Shown here: positions 39,600 through 53,000 of the stretch, piece by piece | Position numbering within the stretch: the first letter of the stretch is position 1 | Layout of the letters: each line of letters starts with the position of its first letter | Origin: Azolla caroliniana | Taxonomy: Eukaryota; Plantae; Polypodiophyta | Assembly: GCA_043228905.1 (NCBI GenBank) | Contig: JBHGNT010000002.1 | Span: 10,602,001 to 10,666,000, forward strand | Length of the DNA stretch: 64,000 bases | Direction: 5' to 3' | Translations under genes and position numbers: made by a program | The notes under the pieces: generated by a model | What the model was told of the DNA's origin: nothing | Databases searched by the model: none | Seen by the model: the letters and a program-made list of their open reading frames with translations, nothing else

Positions 39600-42500
39600 A
39601 AGCAGCAAGAATCAGATGAAGAGGAGGTAAAAACAAGTGCCATAACCATGGAAAGATCGAAACAGGAGGAGGAAGAAGAAGTGATGGCGGACAACCATTA
39701 CTCTCGGCCTCATTGGGCACGAGCGACAACGGAGACGCCGGTGAAGATCGGAGAGAAGAAAGAGACCGCGGTAGCCTTGATTGACCATGGTTCGGAGATC
39801 AACCTCATGTCAACCAAATTCTGCAAGAAAGGAAGGTGGCCGATCAACACAAACCATGGATGGAAGATACGAGCGACAATGAAGGCCACGGAAGACCTAT
39901 ATGGAGGTTGCCCCAATGTTAAGTCACGATCGGAGATGTGGAGATGGATCAACACTTCTTCGTGCAAGACTCGTCTTCACATCCCGTCATCCTAGGACAA
40001 CCATATATCACATTGTCCCGGATGGAGACTAAGGTGTTCAATAATGGAGCGGCCTTCGCACGAGTCAAGAACCTTGAAAATCAAAGGTCTGTTCAATTCC
40101 TTATCGTGCGGGCTAATCACGAAAGGAACCGAGATAGCGTTGGAGGCGAATCCTCGGATTTTTAGAGCGGACTATTGAAGCGTGGGGCACAAATAGTTCG
40201 AGCAATTATATGTCTCCACAAGGAAGCAAAATAAGTGGATCTCTAGGAAAAGCAACATGTGTGACACCTAGTGGCACATGTAAACTAACACTACTCAACA
40301 AGAAGGACAAGCGTTAGATACAAGACTTCGAGAAGATGCTGAAAGAAGAAAGCATAATCGAAGAAGAAGAATTTGTGTCTCATATTCTAGAGGAAGCCTC
40401 ATTTAACAACACCATCGACGAAATCGAGGAAGTCGTGGACTTGAGCTACCCTCACGATCAAAATATGATTTCGGTTAACTCCGTCAACATGTACGCTATC
40501 ATGGATGAATATCATCGAGTCATCTTGATGGAGGAAGCTGAAGTCAACACAAAATATAAAACGGTGGATAAGAAGATCAAGCCAGTTGCGGTTCCGCTAC
40601 CGGAAGATAGCTGGTAGAAGATGAAGGAAGTTGCTAATGATCCGAGCTTAAGGGATGCAAAGGCAATAGGTCATGTCTTCACCAAAGAGACAAAAGGAAA
40701 GCTACAAGTTGGAATGGAAAATTTCCTTCTCCCTGAAGAGGAGAGAATGTTCCGTGGAATGCTTGAGAGACATGGGAAAGCCTTTGCCTTCTCTCCACAA
40801 GAGATCGGATGTGCCGACCCGAAGATAATAAAGCCGATAATGATTTTTACGGTGCCACATGTACCTTGGCACCTCAAGCTGATACTGGTTCCAAGAGCTC
40901 ACATTCCGAAGTTGATTGAGCCTCTAAAAGAAAAGGTTAGGATGGGAACACTTGAGCCGTCCAATGCTCCCTACTCCAATAGATGGTTTACGGTGCCGAA
41001 GAAGAACGGGTCCTTACGCTTTATTCAAGATCTCCAATCCGTCAACAAGGTGACGATCCGAAATGCCGGAATTGGTCCAAGTGTGGATGAATTTGCCGAA
41101 GCCTTCGTGGGAAGATCGATCTATTCCATTGGTTATCTCTACTCGGGCTATGATCAATTTTAACTGGCCGTCAATAGTAGAGACATAACGACAATGAGGA
41201 CGCCGATCGGGTTGGTAAGGATGTGCACCTTACCCCAAGGTGCAACAAATTCCATAGCCCACATAGTGAATGCCATGAACAAAGTGTTGAGGGATTGTAT
41301 CCCTGATATCACAATGCCCTTCTTAGATGATATTCCAATCAAAGGATGCTTGGTGGAAGAAAAAGATGAATCGAAAGATGAAGATGGTTGCCGAAGATTC
41401 ATCATCGATCATATAAAGGATAGCGAGAAGGTGTTGCAAAAACTTGAGGATGCAAATTTGGTCAACCAGAAAATTTGGTAGTAGCACACTTATGTGGGTC
41501 TTATGGCCGGAAGCCATCTCCATCCAAGGTGAACGCTATTCAAGAGATGAAAGAAGAATATGTGTCTCAAACAGAGGTGTGAAGATTCTTGGGAGCATGT
41601 GCATTCTATCACATATGGATTCCACATTATGCTCATGTCGTTGAACCATTGTATGGATTACTAAAGCAAAGGAAAAAGTTTGAATGGGAAGATGAGCATA
41701 CCTACGCGGTTGAAAAGCTAAAGAAACTATTACTGGAAGCTCCATCACTGCGAAAAGCCAACTACACCGAAGCTAGCCCGATATATGTGACAATGGATAC
41801 GAGCCCAACCGGAATTGGATGGGTGATAAACCAAGAAGACAAAGAAAAGAATCGGTATGCAATCGGATTCAGTGCAAAGGTGTTAACCAAAAGACAAAGG
41901 AAGTATGCCCAAGTAAAGAGAGAGCTATGGGGAATAGTATCCGCGGTTAAAACCGATCGTGACTGCCTTATCAGAACAGAGGTCATAATTGAGACTGATT
42001 GTCTGCCTATTCTTGGAATGATATCCGATTGTGCTACACCGGATATTGCTATGCTGTGATGGATTTCCTATATCAAGTCCCTCAACCCCGAGATTCAATA
42101 TATAAATGGGAAGCATAATGTGGTGGCCGATATGTTATCAAGGGCAAGGTATGAGGGTGAAGAAGATTTCCACTCCGACGAAGAAGATGTTGGCCTAAAC
42201 TTCTTTACGGTTTCTTGTGCTCGAGTGCTTGTCATGTTTAAAGTAGAAGATTATGAGGGTGAATTCGTTGAAATTGGCAAGTACTTAAGCTCTCTTACAA
42301 AGGATGAATCATGGTCAAAGGAAGACTTCTACCGAATTAGGAAGAAGGCCTACAAGTTCTTCCTCAAAGAAAGACATCTATGGAAGTTTCCAAAGAAGAA
42401 GAGTGGAACTCCACTTCGAGTGGTGTGCAAGAAACAAGATCAACAAACACTAATTTCTGAATTTCATGATAGTGTGTGGACAGGTCATTGAGGTATATGT

Positions 42501-45012
42501 GCAACATTTGCAAAGCTTAAGGAGAAGTATTGGTGGTCGGGTGTTTACAAAGATGTAGCAAGCTATGTTGAAACATGTGAGCAATGCCAATTATACTCGA
42601 ATATTCAACATAGGGATGAACTTCATCCAACATATCCATTATCAATGCACTATAAGTGGTTGGTAGACATAGTGGGCATGCCGATGGGATTGGGACAAAT
42701 GAAGTATCTCATGCTAGCAAGAGAGGATCTCACCAACCAAGTAGAAGGACGAGCGCTAAGGAATAAAACAACTTCGGTGGTTTGTAAGTTTCTCCTTGAA
42801 GATGTTATTTGTCGATACGGATGTGTTGGCAAAATAGTAGCTGATAGGGGAGAATTAGATGCGAATGAAGCTAAAGAATTCTTTTCAAGAATAGGCATCA
42901 AACTATTGCTCACCATGGCATACAACCCGGACGCAAATGGGAAGGTGGAACGAGGACATAGTCCGATTGTAAAAGCTCTAGCAATGGCTTGCCACGACAA
43001 GATGGGGAATTGGCCACGATTACTACCTTATGCATTGTGGGCTGACAGAACTACACATACCACAACTACAGGATATATGCCGATGACAGAACTACACATA
43101 GCACAACTACAGGATATATGCCGACCGAACTTATATTAGGGCAAAAACCAATGATGCCTATCGAGCAAAGTGTTGCTTCGTGGACATCTTTGCCATGGCA
43201 AGAGGAAATGAGTCGGGAAGACTTGCTAACCATGAGGATTCAACAACTAGAACGGAGGCCCGAAGATGTCGAGTTGGCAATAGAACGGTTACGCCAAGCT
43301 CGACTGAAGAACAAGGAGAATTTTGATATAAAGCATTGTCTTTGACAAAGAAAAATTGAAGAAGGAGATTGGGTTCTTGTCTATGATAGTAGTCTCGACA
43401 ATCAATATAGCAGTGCTCGAAAGTTCGCAAAACGATGGTTTGGGCCGTATATGGTCAAGAAAATAAGAAGCAATGCAACCTATTTTTTAGTGGAGTTAGA
43501 TGGAACTCGACTTGCTTTGCCAATTGCAGGGAAAAGAATCAAGATCTTTAAGAGAAGAGAGGCCCCAAATCTTGAGATCGAAGCTCTAGATGATATAGCC
43601 TCGAACATTGAGTTTGAAAAAGAGTAATTAAAAGAGGAACCTCACCACAATTGGCACATACCAATGGATGTGCAGGTTTGGTGGGGGTGAATGTCGTGTG
43701 GTTTTTCACACACGATATGAAAACTAGTAAAACAATTATTTAAGATTAGCTTAATGTATTCATATAGATGTCGTGTGTGTTTTAACACACGATATGAAAA
43801 CTAGTAAAACAATTATTTAAGATTAGCTTAATGTATTCATATAGATAGATTTCTTGAAGATCTTCATAGCGTATTTTACTACGCATGAAACGGATAAACA
43901 AGTATCAAGTTATATGAGTGTGAAGTTTAAAGAAGAAGAAAGAAAAGACAAAATTGTGAGATATCCCACATAGATAGGACAACATTGGAACCCAGGATAT
44001 ATAACGGAAACCAAAACATATTCATTCTATCAATGTGTGGAGCATAGAATGTTCAAGGTGACTTGGGCTGCACTATGTGGTGTGCACGCTTCAGGCCTAT
44101 GCGTGTATGCATGGTCGTGTAACGCTTCGGGCATGTGCGCGTGTGCAAGTTTTGGGCATACGCGTGCACGACTGTGTGGATGTTTTGGACGGACGTGTGT
44201 GTGCAGATGAGCGTGCGGATGCGTACACGGTGTGGTCGGGAGTTTTGCGCGCGACCACGTGGACATTTCAAACGGATGCGTGTGTGCGGATGAGCGAGCG
44301 GATACGTACACGGCGCGGTCAGGACTTTTGCGCGCGGACGCGTCTACGATTTGGTTGTGACACACGTATGAATTGCGCACGGGCTAAACTTTATGGATGA
44401 TTGGGTCATTTGACCAAATTATACGGACGGTCGCATGCAACTAAAAGCCAAGGCCATGCAACTAAAAGTAAAAGGCATGAAACTAAAAATGGAAGCATGC
44501 AACTAAAAATAGAGGCCATGGAACTAAAAGTGGACATGCAAAGTAACATTGGGAAGGAGGATCAACAATGAGCTGAATATATGTTCCATTCCTTTCCCTC
44601 TACTTTCTTTTTTTCTTTTTTTCTTTTTCCCTCTTCCTTCTTCTTTTTCTCTCTCCCATTTCCTTGAGAAACAAATTATCTCTAAGATTGATATGAAACT
44701 CTTGGATGGGCTTGCTCAATCTTTCTTGTCAAAAATTATCTCTCATATTCATATTAGACCACTCCTTACATGGCTGTTGGCTCCTTTCTTTAAAAAAATT
44801 TTATCTCTCATTTTCATCTTCAACCCGTAGTAACAAGATTCTTGAATTATAAAAGAATCTATTTTCTTATGCTATAAACGAACGTTTTCTCTCATTTATT
44901 CATCTTATATGTGTACTTTGCTTGTGTTGTACGTGTTGCACTAAATCATTCTAGTCCAGAACCCCAACGGTTCCGACTCACGATCCGCACATAGTAACGG
45001 ATTTTCACGACA
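39600..45012 (+). mobile_element. 5'-truncated Gypsy: PR-RT-RH-IN, PPT, 3' LTR
   Basis: ALIDHGSEINLM; LPQGATNS; FLDDI; DTSPTGIG; VADMLSR; IVADRGE; NGKVERGH; WFGPY. PPT about 43677-43691; LTR 43692-45012 ending CACGACA. Confidence 0.93.
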
Positions 45013-45825
45013 CCAGAAAGACCTTGGAGTGCTTCTGGAGGACACGACCACCGAGATTGGCCTCACCGATATTTGGGATAATGTGCGAGATATTGTCGCA
45101 CGATACACAAAGAGGGGGCAATGGCTTGCTAACGAAGAAAAGAGGGTTTCAGAACCGATTCCGAAACCGAGATCCGGATAGGAAGACCATCAACCGCGGG
45201 GCGGGCTCAGGAGACTACGACCGAGAAGGGAATCGACGCAACCACAGTGGAGCAGTTGCTGAAGGAGATGGAAAATCTAAAAATCGCGATGGTGAAGAAG
45301 GCGGATGACCGTCCCACAAGTTCCAAGTATATGGACCGTCGGTGTATATGCTGTGATAGCACCGAACATGATAGGAGGGATTGCGACGAGCACAAGGAGG
45401 TGTTAGGACGAGATCTTATCTACTACGAGGGAAATCAGATTCATTCGATGGACTCTCGGATGCCACTCCGACCGAACTTCCGAAAAGGCAACATGAAGAA
45501 GGTCCTAGAGGAGGAGATCACGACGAAAAACAATTAAGCGACAACCGTAGGAATACGTGTCGGGGAGTCATCTGGAGCAAAGGCATCTTTTTGGCTGAAA
45601 GTGCTAGAAAACCCCGAGAAAACCGACTCCAATGAGATTCGAACCACCGCGGAAGGCATTCGTGAAGCTATAGGATGGGAGTGCCCCGTCGATAAGAATA
45701 GCGTGTACGCCTTATGTCAATTGCATGAAGTGTATATAGACGAGAAACAATGGCGCACGGAAGGGAAAAGAAACCGGAAAGCTGGAACTCCGGAGGGAAG
45801 GGAAAAGAAAAGACGATTCTGGCAT
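45013..45825 (+). pseudogene. Gypsy gag fragment (Zn knuckle)
   Basis: RRCICCDSTEHDRRDC; homologous to the gag at 47500-48138. Confidence 0.75.
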
Positions 45826-48204
45826 TCAATCCTGCGTTCCGAATGGTCACTCTGTTGACCGGTTGCAGGTCTTGAATGAAGCGCAATGTCCCGTTCTTCA
45901 TCGGTACGGTAAACCACCGGTTCGAGTACGGGGCACTCGACGGTTCGAGGATGCCCATATCGACTTTCTGCCTCAATAGCTCCATCAGCTCCGGGATGTG
46001 AGCTCTTGGTACCGGAATTGGCTTGAGATTCCACGGCACATGCGGTACCGTGAATATCACCATCGGCTTCACGACTGTCGGGTCTACGCACCCGATCTCT
46101 TCCGATGAGAATGCGAAGGCTTTCCCGTGCCTTCCGAGCATTCTCTGAAACCAGTCTTCTTCCGCCGGCAGTAGGAACCCGCCCCCACCTATTTTGAGCT
46201 CCCGTAGCGTTCTGTCGGTGAAGGCGTGCCCTATGCAGGCCGGATCTCGTAAACTGGGGTCCGACGCGACCCCCTCGATTCGCAACTCGCTACCCTCCGG
46301 TAAGGGTGCCGCGACTGGCCTTACCTTCTGGTCCACAGTCTTGTACTTCATGTTAACTCGGGCCGTCTGATCCGACTCGAGCCCTCGACTAAAGTCCGCG
46401 ATGACTTCGTACATTTCTTCTGAACAAACCGGTATCGTCCGGTTCTCTTTAAGGCCCTCTCCGACCACCTCTCGCAGTATTCCCAAGGTATCGTCGAAGG
46501 AGACCGCCTCCACGGCTCCGTAGATTTCCTCGCTGGGCCCGAGAACTCCGCACGCCCGAAGTCTCTCTTCCGCCCTTGTCTTTTCTCAGCCAACGACGCC
46601 GACTATCGTACACCCTCCGTTTTCGGAGAAACAAAACTTGCTACTTATGGTACCAGGTTTCTTCGGTTTCGCATCTATCGTACATATGTGGGGTTTTCCC
46701 GGATTGTCCGGACTGTCGCGGCCCCACACCTTGGCAGCCCTCTCTAAAAATCCTCTCAGTTCTCGCCACCGAGGGACTCGCGGTTTCACTCGTGGTTCGG
46801 TCGCACCGTCAAGACCTGGACCGAATGACGCTCGTCCTGACTCTTGACCCTCGTGTAAGCCGACCCGTTGTCCAGCACCTTGGTCTCCATTCGCGTTGCC
46901 GTAATGTATGGTTCTCCCAGTATGACCAGGTGCGAGGACGTCTCCTGCACAAAGAAGTGTTGGTCTATTTCGACGTCGCCGATCTTGACTCGCACGTTTG
47001 CGCAGGCCCCGTGTAGTTCCTCGGTGGCGCGCGTTGCCGCCCGTATCTTCCACCCGTGCTTAGTGTTGATCGGCCATTTCCCCTTCTTGTAGAAGTCCAT
47101 GGACATCAGGTTAATTTCCGAACCGTGGTCCACCACCGGTTCCTGAACATCTCCGATCTTCACCGGGGTTTCCGTGGTCGCTCGGGCCCAATGTGGCCTC
47201 GAGTAGTGGCTCTCCACCCATTCGTCTTCCAGCGCCATGTCCTCTATGTGCGCCGTCCGCACCTCCACCGGCCTTCCCGGTTCTGCCTCCATTGACAGCC
47301 TCTTCCTCTTCACCAAGTCCACGATGGAGTCGTGGAACTCCTTCTTGGCGATCCCTAGCACCTCCCGCAACGACAGTTCCACCTTGCTGTCGAGGATTTG
47401 TTCTTCCAGGACCTTTCGTAGGTCCGTGGTCCTTTCGATCTCCGTGCCAAAACGGTACCCGCCCTTTTTGTGGTTATCCCGAGCATTGGACTCACCAGCC
47501 TAGTTCCGTTTCGGCCCAAATCGGGTTTCATATCTCTGTGAAGATCCGACTCCTCCGGGTTTACCTACCCGTTTGTCTTCAACCAGAGCCTCGTAGTTCT
47601 GGCAAGCCGCTTGGACGAAACCCGTCTTTTCTTCGACCGGGTCACCCCACCCGGTTACGTCCTGGACCCGCTTCTCCACGCGGTCCACCTCGTCTCTCTT
47701 TAGTCGGGCACCGGCGAGGCCTTCCAGCACCATCGGCCAGAACTCGGCTTTGCTCTCCTTCCGGGCCTCGCTGCCTCCGACCCGAATACTGGCTGACGCT
47801 GAGTAGTGGACGGTCTCCGCGTGCCGGGCTGCCGCCTCTTCCATCAACCTTTTCATTCCTCCTCGCCCGTCATTTCGGTTCAGGGCCCTCCGGGTATCGC
47901 TGGCGTGCACCCGACCTTCACACAGGTACACTACCCGGCTTCTCAAAGCCTCCATAAAGTCCCCGCAATCTTTCCGGATGTGGCCGACCTCGTCGCACCA
48001 CATGCACCTACTTCCTGCCGGAGGCCGTCGGTCACGAGCCTGATCGCCGCCTTCTCTCCTAGCTTGGGCGATCTGGAGATCCTTTACCGTTCGTGTCAAC
48101 TCCTCCAAAGTTGTTCCCCCGGACGAGCCTCTTACCACGCTGGTCGAAGCTGAACCGGTTTTGAGCCACTCCCGGGTCTCTTCCCTTCGCGCCTGCGGTA
48201 TCGG

Positions 48205-49101
48205 TAGGGATCGGCAACGGCTAGGCTCAAGCCTAAACCGTTTGGCCTAACGGTTTGAGCTCGGCTCGGCTCGGCTTGAGCCTCGCCAAACCGGCTCAAG
48301 CCGGCTAAGTCGGATAAACCATTTAAGTCGTTTATAAACTTTAGAGAGGGGAAGAGACAGACAAGGGGAAAGAGAGAGAGAGAGAGTGAGGGAGGGAGAA
48401 CTACATAGACGAGGAGAGAGAGACAGAGGGAGGGAGACAACATATAAGGAGAGAGAGACTACACAGAGGGGAGAGAGAGAGAGATAGAGAGACTACACAG
48501 AGGGGAGAGAGAGAGAGAGAGAGGAACTACATAGAGGGGAGAGAGAGAGAGACTACACAGAGGGGAGATAGAGAGAGATAGAGAGACTACACAGAGGGGA
48601 GAGAGAGAGAGAGAGAGGAACTACATAGAGGGGAGAGAGAGAGAGAGAGGAACTACATAGAGGGGAGAGAGAGAGAGACTACAGAGAGGGAGAGAGAGAG
48701 AGAGAGGAACTACATAGAGGGGAGAGAGAGGGAGAGGGAGAGAGAGTCAAAGACCACATACGTGAGAGAGAGTGGGAGGGAGAGCTTGTACAATGTATAG
48801 TATATAGTATATAGTATATAGTATATAATGGATCATTTGAGAGAGAGGGAGGTAGGGAGAGAGAGAGAGAGGGAGGTTTCTAAACCGGTTTCCAAGCCGG
48901 TTTGGAAACTGGTTTACAAGCCGTTTACCAAGCCGGTTCACAAACCGGTTTAGCATAAACCGGTTTAGCCTAACCGGTTTGTGAACCGGCTCGGCTCGGC
49001 TCGGCTCAAGTTTGAGATCCTGTAAACGGTTTAGGCTTAGCCGGTTTGGCTTGATCCAAGCCAAACCGGCTAAGCCTAAACCGAACCGTTGCCGATCCCT
49101 A
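48205..49101. mobile_element. hAT-type non-autonomous element (MITE), 897 bp
   Basis: TIRs TAGGGATCGGCAACGG / CCGTTGCCGATCCCTA; perfect 8-bp TSD GGTATCGG (48197-48204 / 49102-49109); subterminal AAACCGG repeats; GA-rich core. Confidence 0.93.
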
Positions 49102-50078
49102 GGTATCGGTTCGAGCTTCCTTGCTGCGACAGGTCCCGCCTCGGTCACCTCTGTATCAGCCCACTCCCACCGTTTGTCAAAACGGCCGCAGACTCTTTTT
49201 ACCACGGCCCAGTCGGCCATCGGCCCGTCTTCGGTTTCCAGTAAGGAGCCAACTTGCCCCCGATCCCGTGCGTCAACCGATTTGACAAACACCAGGACAC
49301 GACTTGTGTCCAAAACGGTCCGATCGAGCGCCGAAAGGCGCGCAAAGCGTTCCTCAAACTCCCAGAGGAGTACCGACACATTTCTTCCTTTGTTGGGGGA
49401 CTCCACCCACTCCATGAAGCTCCGCTTAGAAAGTCGAAGCGTGTCATCCAGCTCGTATTTCTCCAGGAGCCGTCCTTCGAACTCCTCCCAGGTCCGGCTC
49501 TTCGCCCGGACCTCGAGCACCTCCGCATGGATGCCCGGCATTGCCACTCGAGGGAATCCGGCAAGACGCCTCTCTTCCGGAATATCCATCATCAACATCT
49601 CCGCCCGGTAGGACGCCAAATAACTCGTGGCATCCTTTCCACTGAACCGGCCGATAGTACCGACGATCGCCTCAATAGCCCTGTCAAGGGCGCCGGTGCC
49701 CTCCCGCACGCTCACTATCCAGTCCACAGCCGAAGCCATGGCCTCTGCAAGATCCGAACCCCTCATCTTCTACTCCTCTGCCGCCTGTTTCACGTCGGGT
49801 TCACCAAATATGTCGCGTTACTACGCGCGTGCGTGGAGAAACGAGGCGGGACCACCGGGGTCTTGGACCGAAGAGCAAGTGATAGAAGGGGAATGAGAGA
49901 GAGAGAGACGCCCTGTCACGTATGAGTAAGAAACACAGGGGCACGGTCTGTCAACATAGAAGACGCGAATGGACAAAGAGACAGGGAGACACAAGTGTTT
50001 GTATATTAACGAATATCAAATACACAATAGAGCACGCGAGCGGTTACAACCGAACAGGCCGGCGAACAGATGTCGATG

Positions 50079-53000
50079 TGACAGGAACCCAACGTTCCTT
50101 ATGCGCAACGCTCGGCCACAACCGAGCTTAGAATGATAGACAGAAAAACGGGAAATAAAACGCGACACAAAGAAGGAGAGAATACACAGGAGGTTTACGT
50201 GGAAAACCCAAAACTAGGGGAAAAACCACGGCAGCCCACAGGCTGCAAACTGTCACTATGTAGGAATATACAACAGTGAGTTCATAGAGGCACTGACCTC
50301 GTGCTCACAAATCTTCGCCACAGGCGGTGGTTACAACAGAGGCGACGACCTCTTTCTCTCTCTCTCTTTCTGTACAACGTTACGTACTCTCTCTTCTTCT
50401 TGCACCAACAAGAAAATGACAACAACGACAGTTGCTAAAAGTTTGCCCTAAGTCATATTTATACTAATATGAATTTTTGGCTATTTACAAATGTAGCCTC
50501 GATGGGCTCTCAAAAACATATTTACGAATATGTCTCTTTATCCGGTTCATACCGGGCCTGCACCATCCGACTCTCCGTAGCCAGGTACTCCTCATCCGGT
50601 TCATACCGGGCCTGCACCATCCGGCTCTCCGTAGCCGGGCACTCCTCATCCGGTTCATACCGGCCTTGCACCATCCGGAGGGACCTGTCTCCCAACAAAC
50701 TCCCCCTTCACTCCGGCATGGGGTGTCTTACCAGTCCAATCCGCTTCCGGCATGCGTCCAGCTTGTCGGGTATCAGAACTTTGGTCAGCATATCTGACCT
50801 GTTCTCGGTCGTGTGGATCTTCGTCAGCACGAACTCCTGGTCATCTACTCTTTCCCAGATCCAGTGATACCTCTGCTGGATATGCTTCGTCCGGGAATGG
50901 TAGGCCGCATTCTTAGCAAGGTGGATGGCACTTTGACTGTCACAATAGAGTCGGTATTCCTCTTGCCGTTTACTGAGCTCTCCGATGAAGTCCTTCATCC
51001 ATAAAATTTCCTTACCGGCTTCCACAGCCGCCATGTACTCCGCCTCCGTGGTTGACAATGCAACCGTCTTTTGCAGCCTCGACTGCCACGAAACAGCTCC
51101 CCCTGCATATGTCATTACATACCCGGATGTAGACCGGCTAGTATCCACATCAGCCGACATGTCCGAATCGGTGAAACCGTCCAGTTGAGGTTTTCCGGAG
51201 TCGAATCGGAGACACATATTTGAAGTGCCCTTCAAATACCGGAGTATCCACTTGACCGCGTTCCAGTGCTCCTTGCCGGGATTACTCATGAACCGTCTCA
51301 CCACTCCGACTGCGTATCCAATGTCCGGTCGGGTACAGACCATAGCGTACATCAAGCTCCCGACGGCCGAGGCATATGGGATCTTCATCATATCCGCCTT
51401 CTCTGCAGTTTACCGGAAGTGTCAATCCGACCGGTTTCGCTTCTGACATGTTGAACCGGTGAAGCACCTTTGTCACATACTTCTCTTGTGACAGCCATAA
51501 TTGCTTCGCTGACCAGTTCCGGATGATGTGCATCCCCAACATCTGTCTTGCCAGACCCAAGTCTTTCATTGAGAAGGTCCGATTGAGAGCCTTCTTCAGC
51601 ATCCGTATTTTGACTTGTTCCCGTCCGACGATCAACATGTCATCCACGTATAGAAGGAGTATCAGGAAGTCGCCTCCTTCAAACTTCTTCACAAACACGC
51701 AGTGATCGGCCTGCGTCTTGTGGTACCCTTGATCGGTCATGAAGGAGTCGAACTTCCGGTACCATTGCCGGGGAGCCTGCTTCAGTCCGTACAGGCTCTT
51801 CTTCAACCGGCATACCAGGTGCTCCTTCCCTTTCTCCACAAATCCTTCCGGTTGCTGCATGTAGATCTCCTCTTCGAGGTCGCCGTGAAGGAATGTCGTC
51901 TTCACGTCCAACTGCTCTACCTCGAGGTCCATGCTTGCTGCTATACTCAGCACCATCCGGATGGAGGTCATCTTTACTACCGGGGCAAATATCTCGTCGA
52001 AGTCCACGCCCTTCTTCTGCTGGAACCCCTTCACCACGATCCTGGCTTTGTATCTCGGGGGGTTGCCGGCATCTCCCGGTTTCAACTTGTACACCCACTT
52101 GTTTCGGAGTGCCCGCTTTCCTTTCGGCAACTCCACCAACTCGTACGTATGGTTCTCATGCAGGGAATCCATCTCGTCCTGCATGGCACTTAACCATTTT
52201 CGGCTGTGGGTGTCCTCCTTCGCTTCTTCGAAGCTTTCCGACTCCCCCTCATCGGTCAGAAGAACGTGCTCTGCATCCGGAAATCTCCGAGGGGCCCTTC
52301 TCTCTCTGAGAGGATATCTCCGTCTTTGGGCTTCGGTAGCCGGCTCCTCCATTTTCTCTTCATCCGAATCCGATTCGGGGTCTTGGCCAGTTCCGGTCTC
52401 AGCTTCCCCTTCCTCTTCTTCTGCCGGTTCGGTATCCTCACCGTATCCGGCTGGTTCCTCGAGTGCTAACCGGTCTCTTGCCGGTTGGGTCTGCTCATCG
52501 TAGAGTCTATCCTTACCGGTCGACTCGGAGTTCATTATCTTCTTCTCCGACTCCCAGTCGGCAAGCGTCTTGTCCTCCATGAAGATAATATCTCGACTCC
52601 GGAATACCTTCTTGTCGACCGGGTCCCACACTCGGTAGCTGAACTCATCGTCACCGTAACCAAGGAATATGCATGGCCGGGTCTTTGGATCTAGCTTTCC
52701 TCTCCGGTCCTTAGCTACATGCACGTAAGCGAGACACCCGAACACCTTCAGATGCCGGTAGGATACTTCCTTACCGGTCCACACTCTCTGTGGCGTGTCT
52801 CCGTCCAAGGGTACTGAGGGTGATCTATTTATCACATATGTCGCCGTCGACAGTGCCTCAGCCCAAAACTTCTTGGGTAGTTTTGCATGCGCTAGCATAC
52901 TCCGGACCCTCTCCATTATGGTCCGGTTCATCCTCTCGGCCAGTCCGTTTAGTTCCGGCGTCTTCGGCACAGTAAATTCGAGCCGGATTCCCTTCGAGCG

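Noticed and set aside
48747-49766. 339-aa ORF as an intact gag
   Set aside because: It reads through into the hAT MITE at 49101; the real gag continues at 48204.
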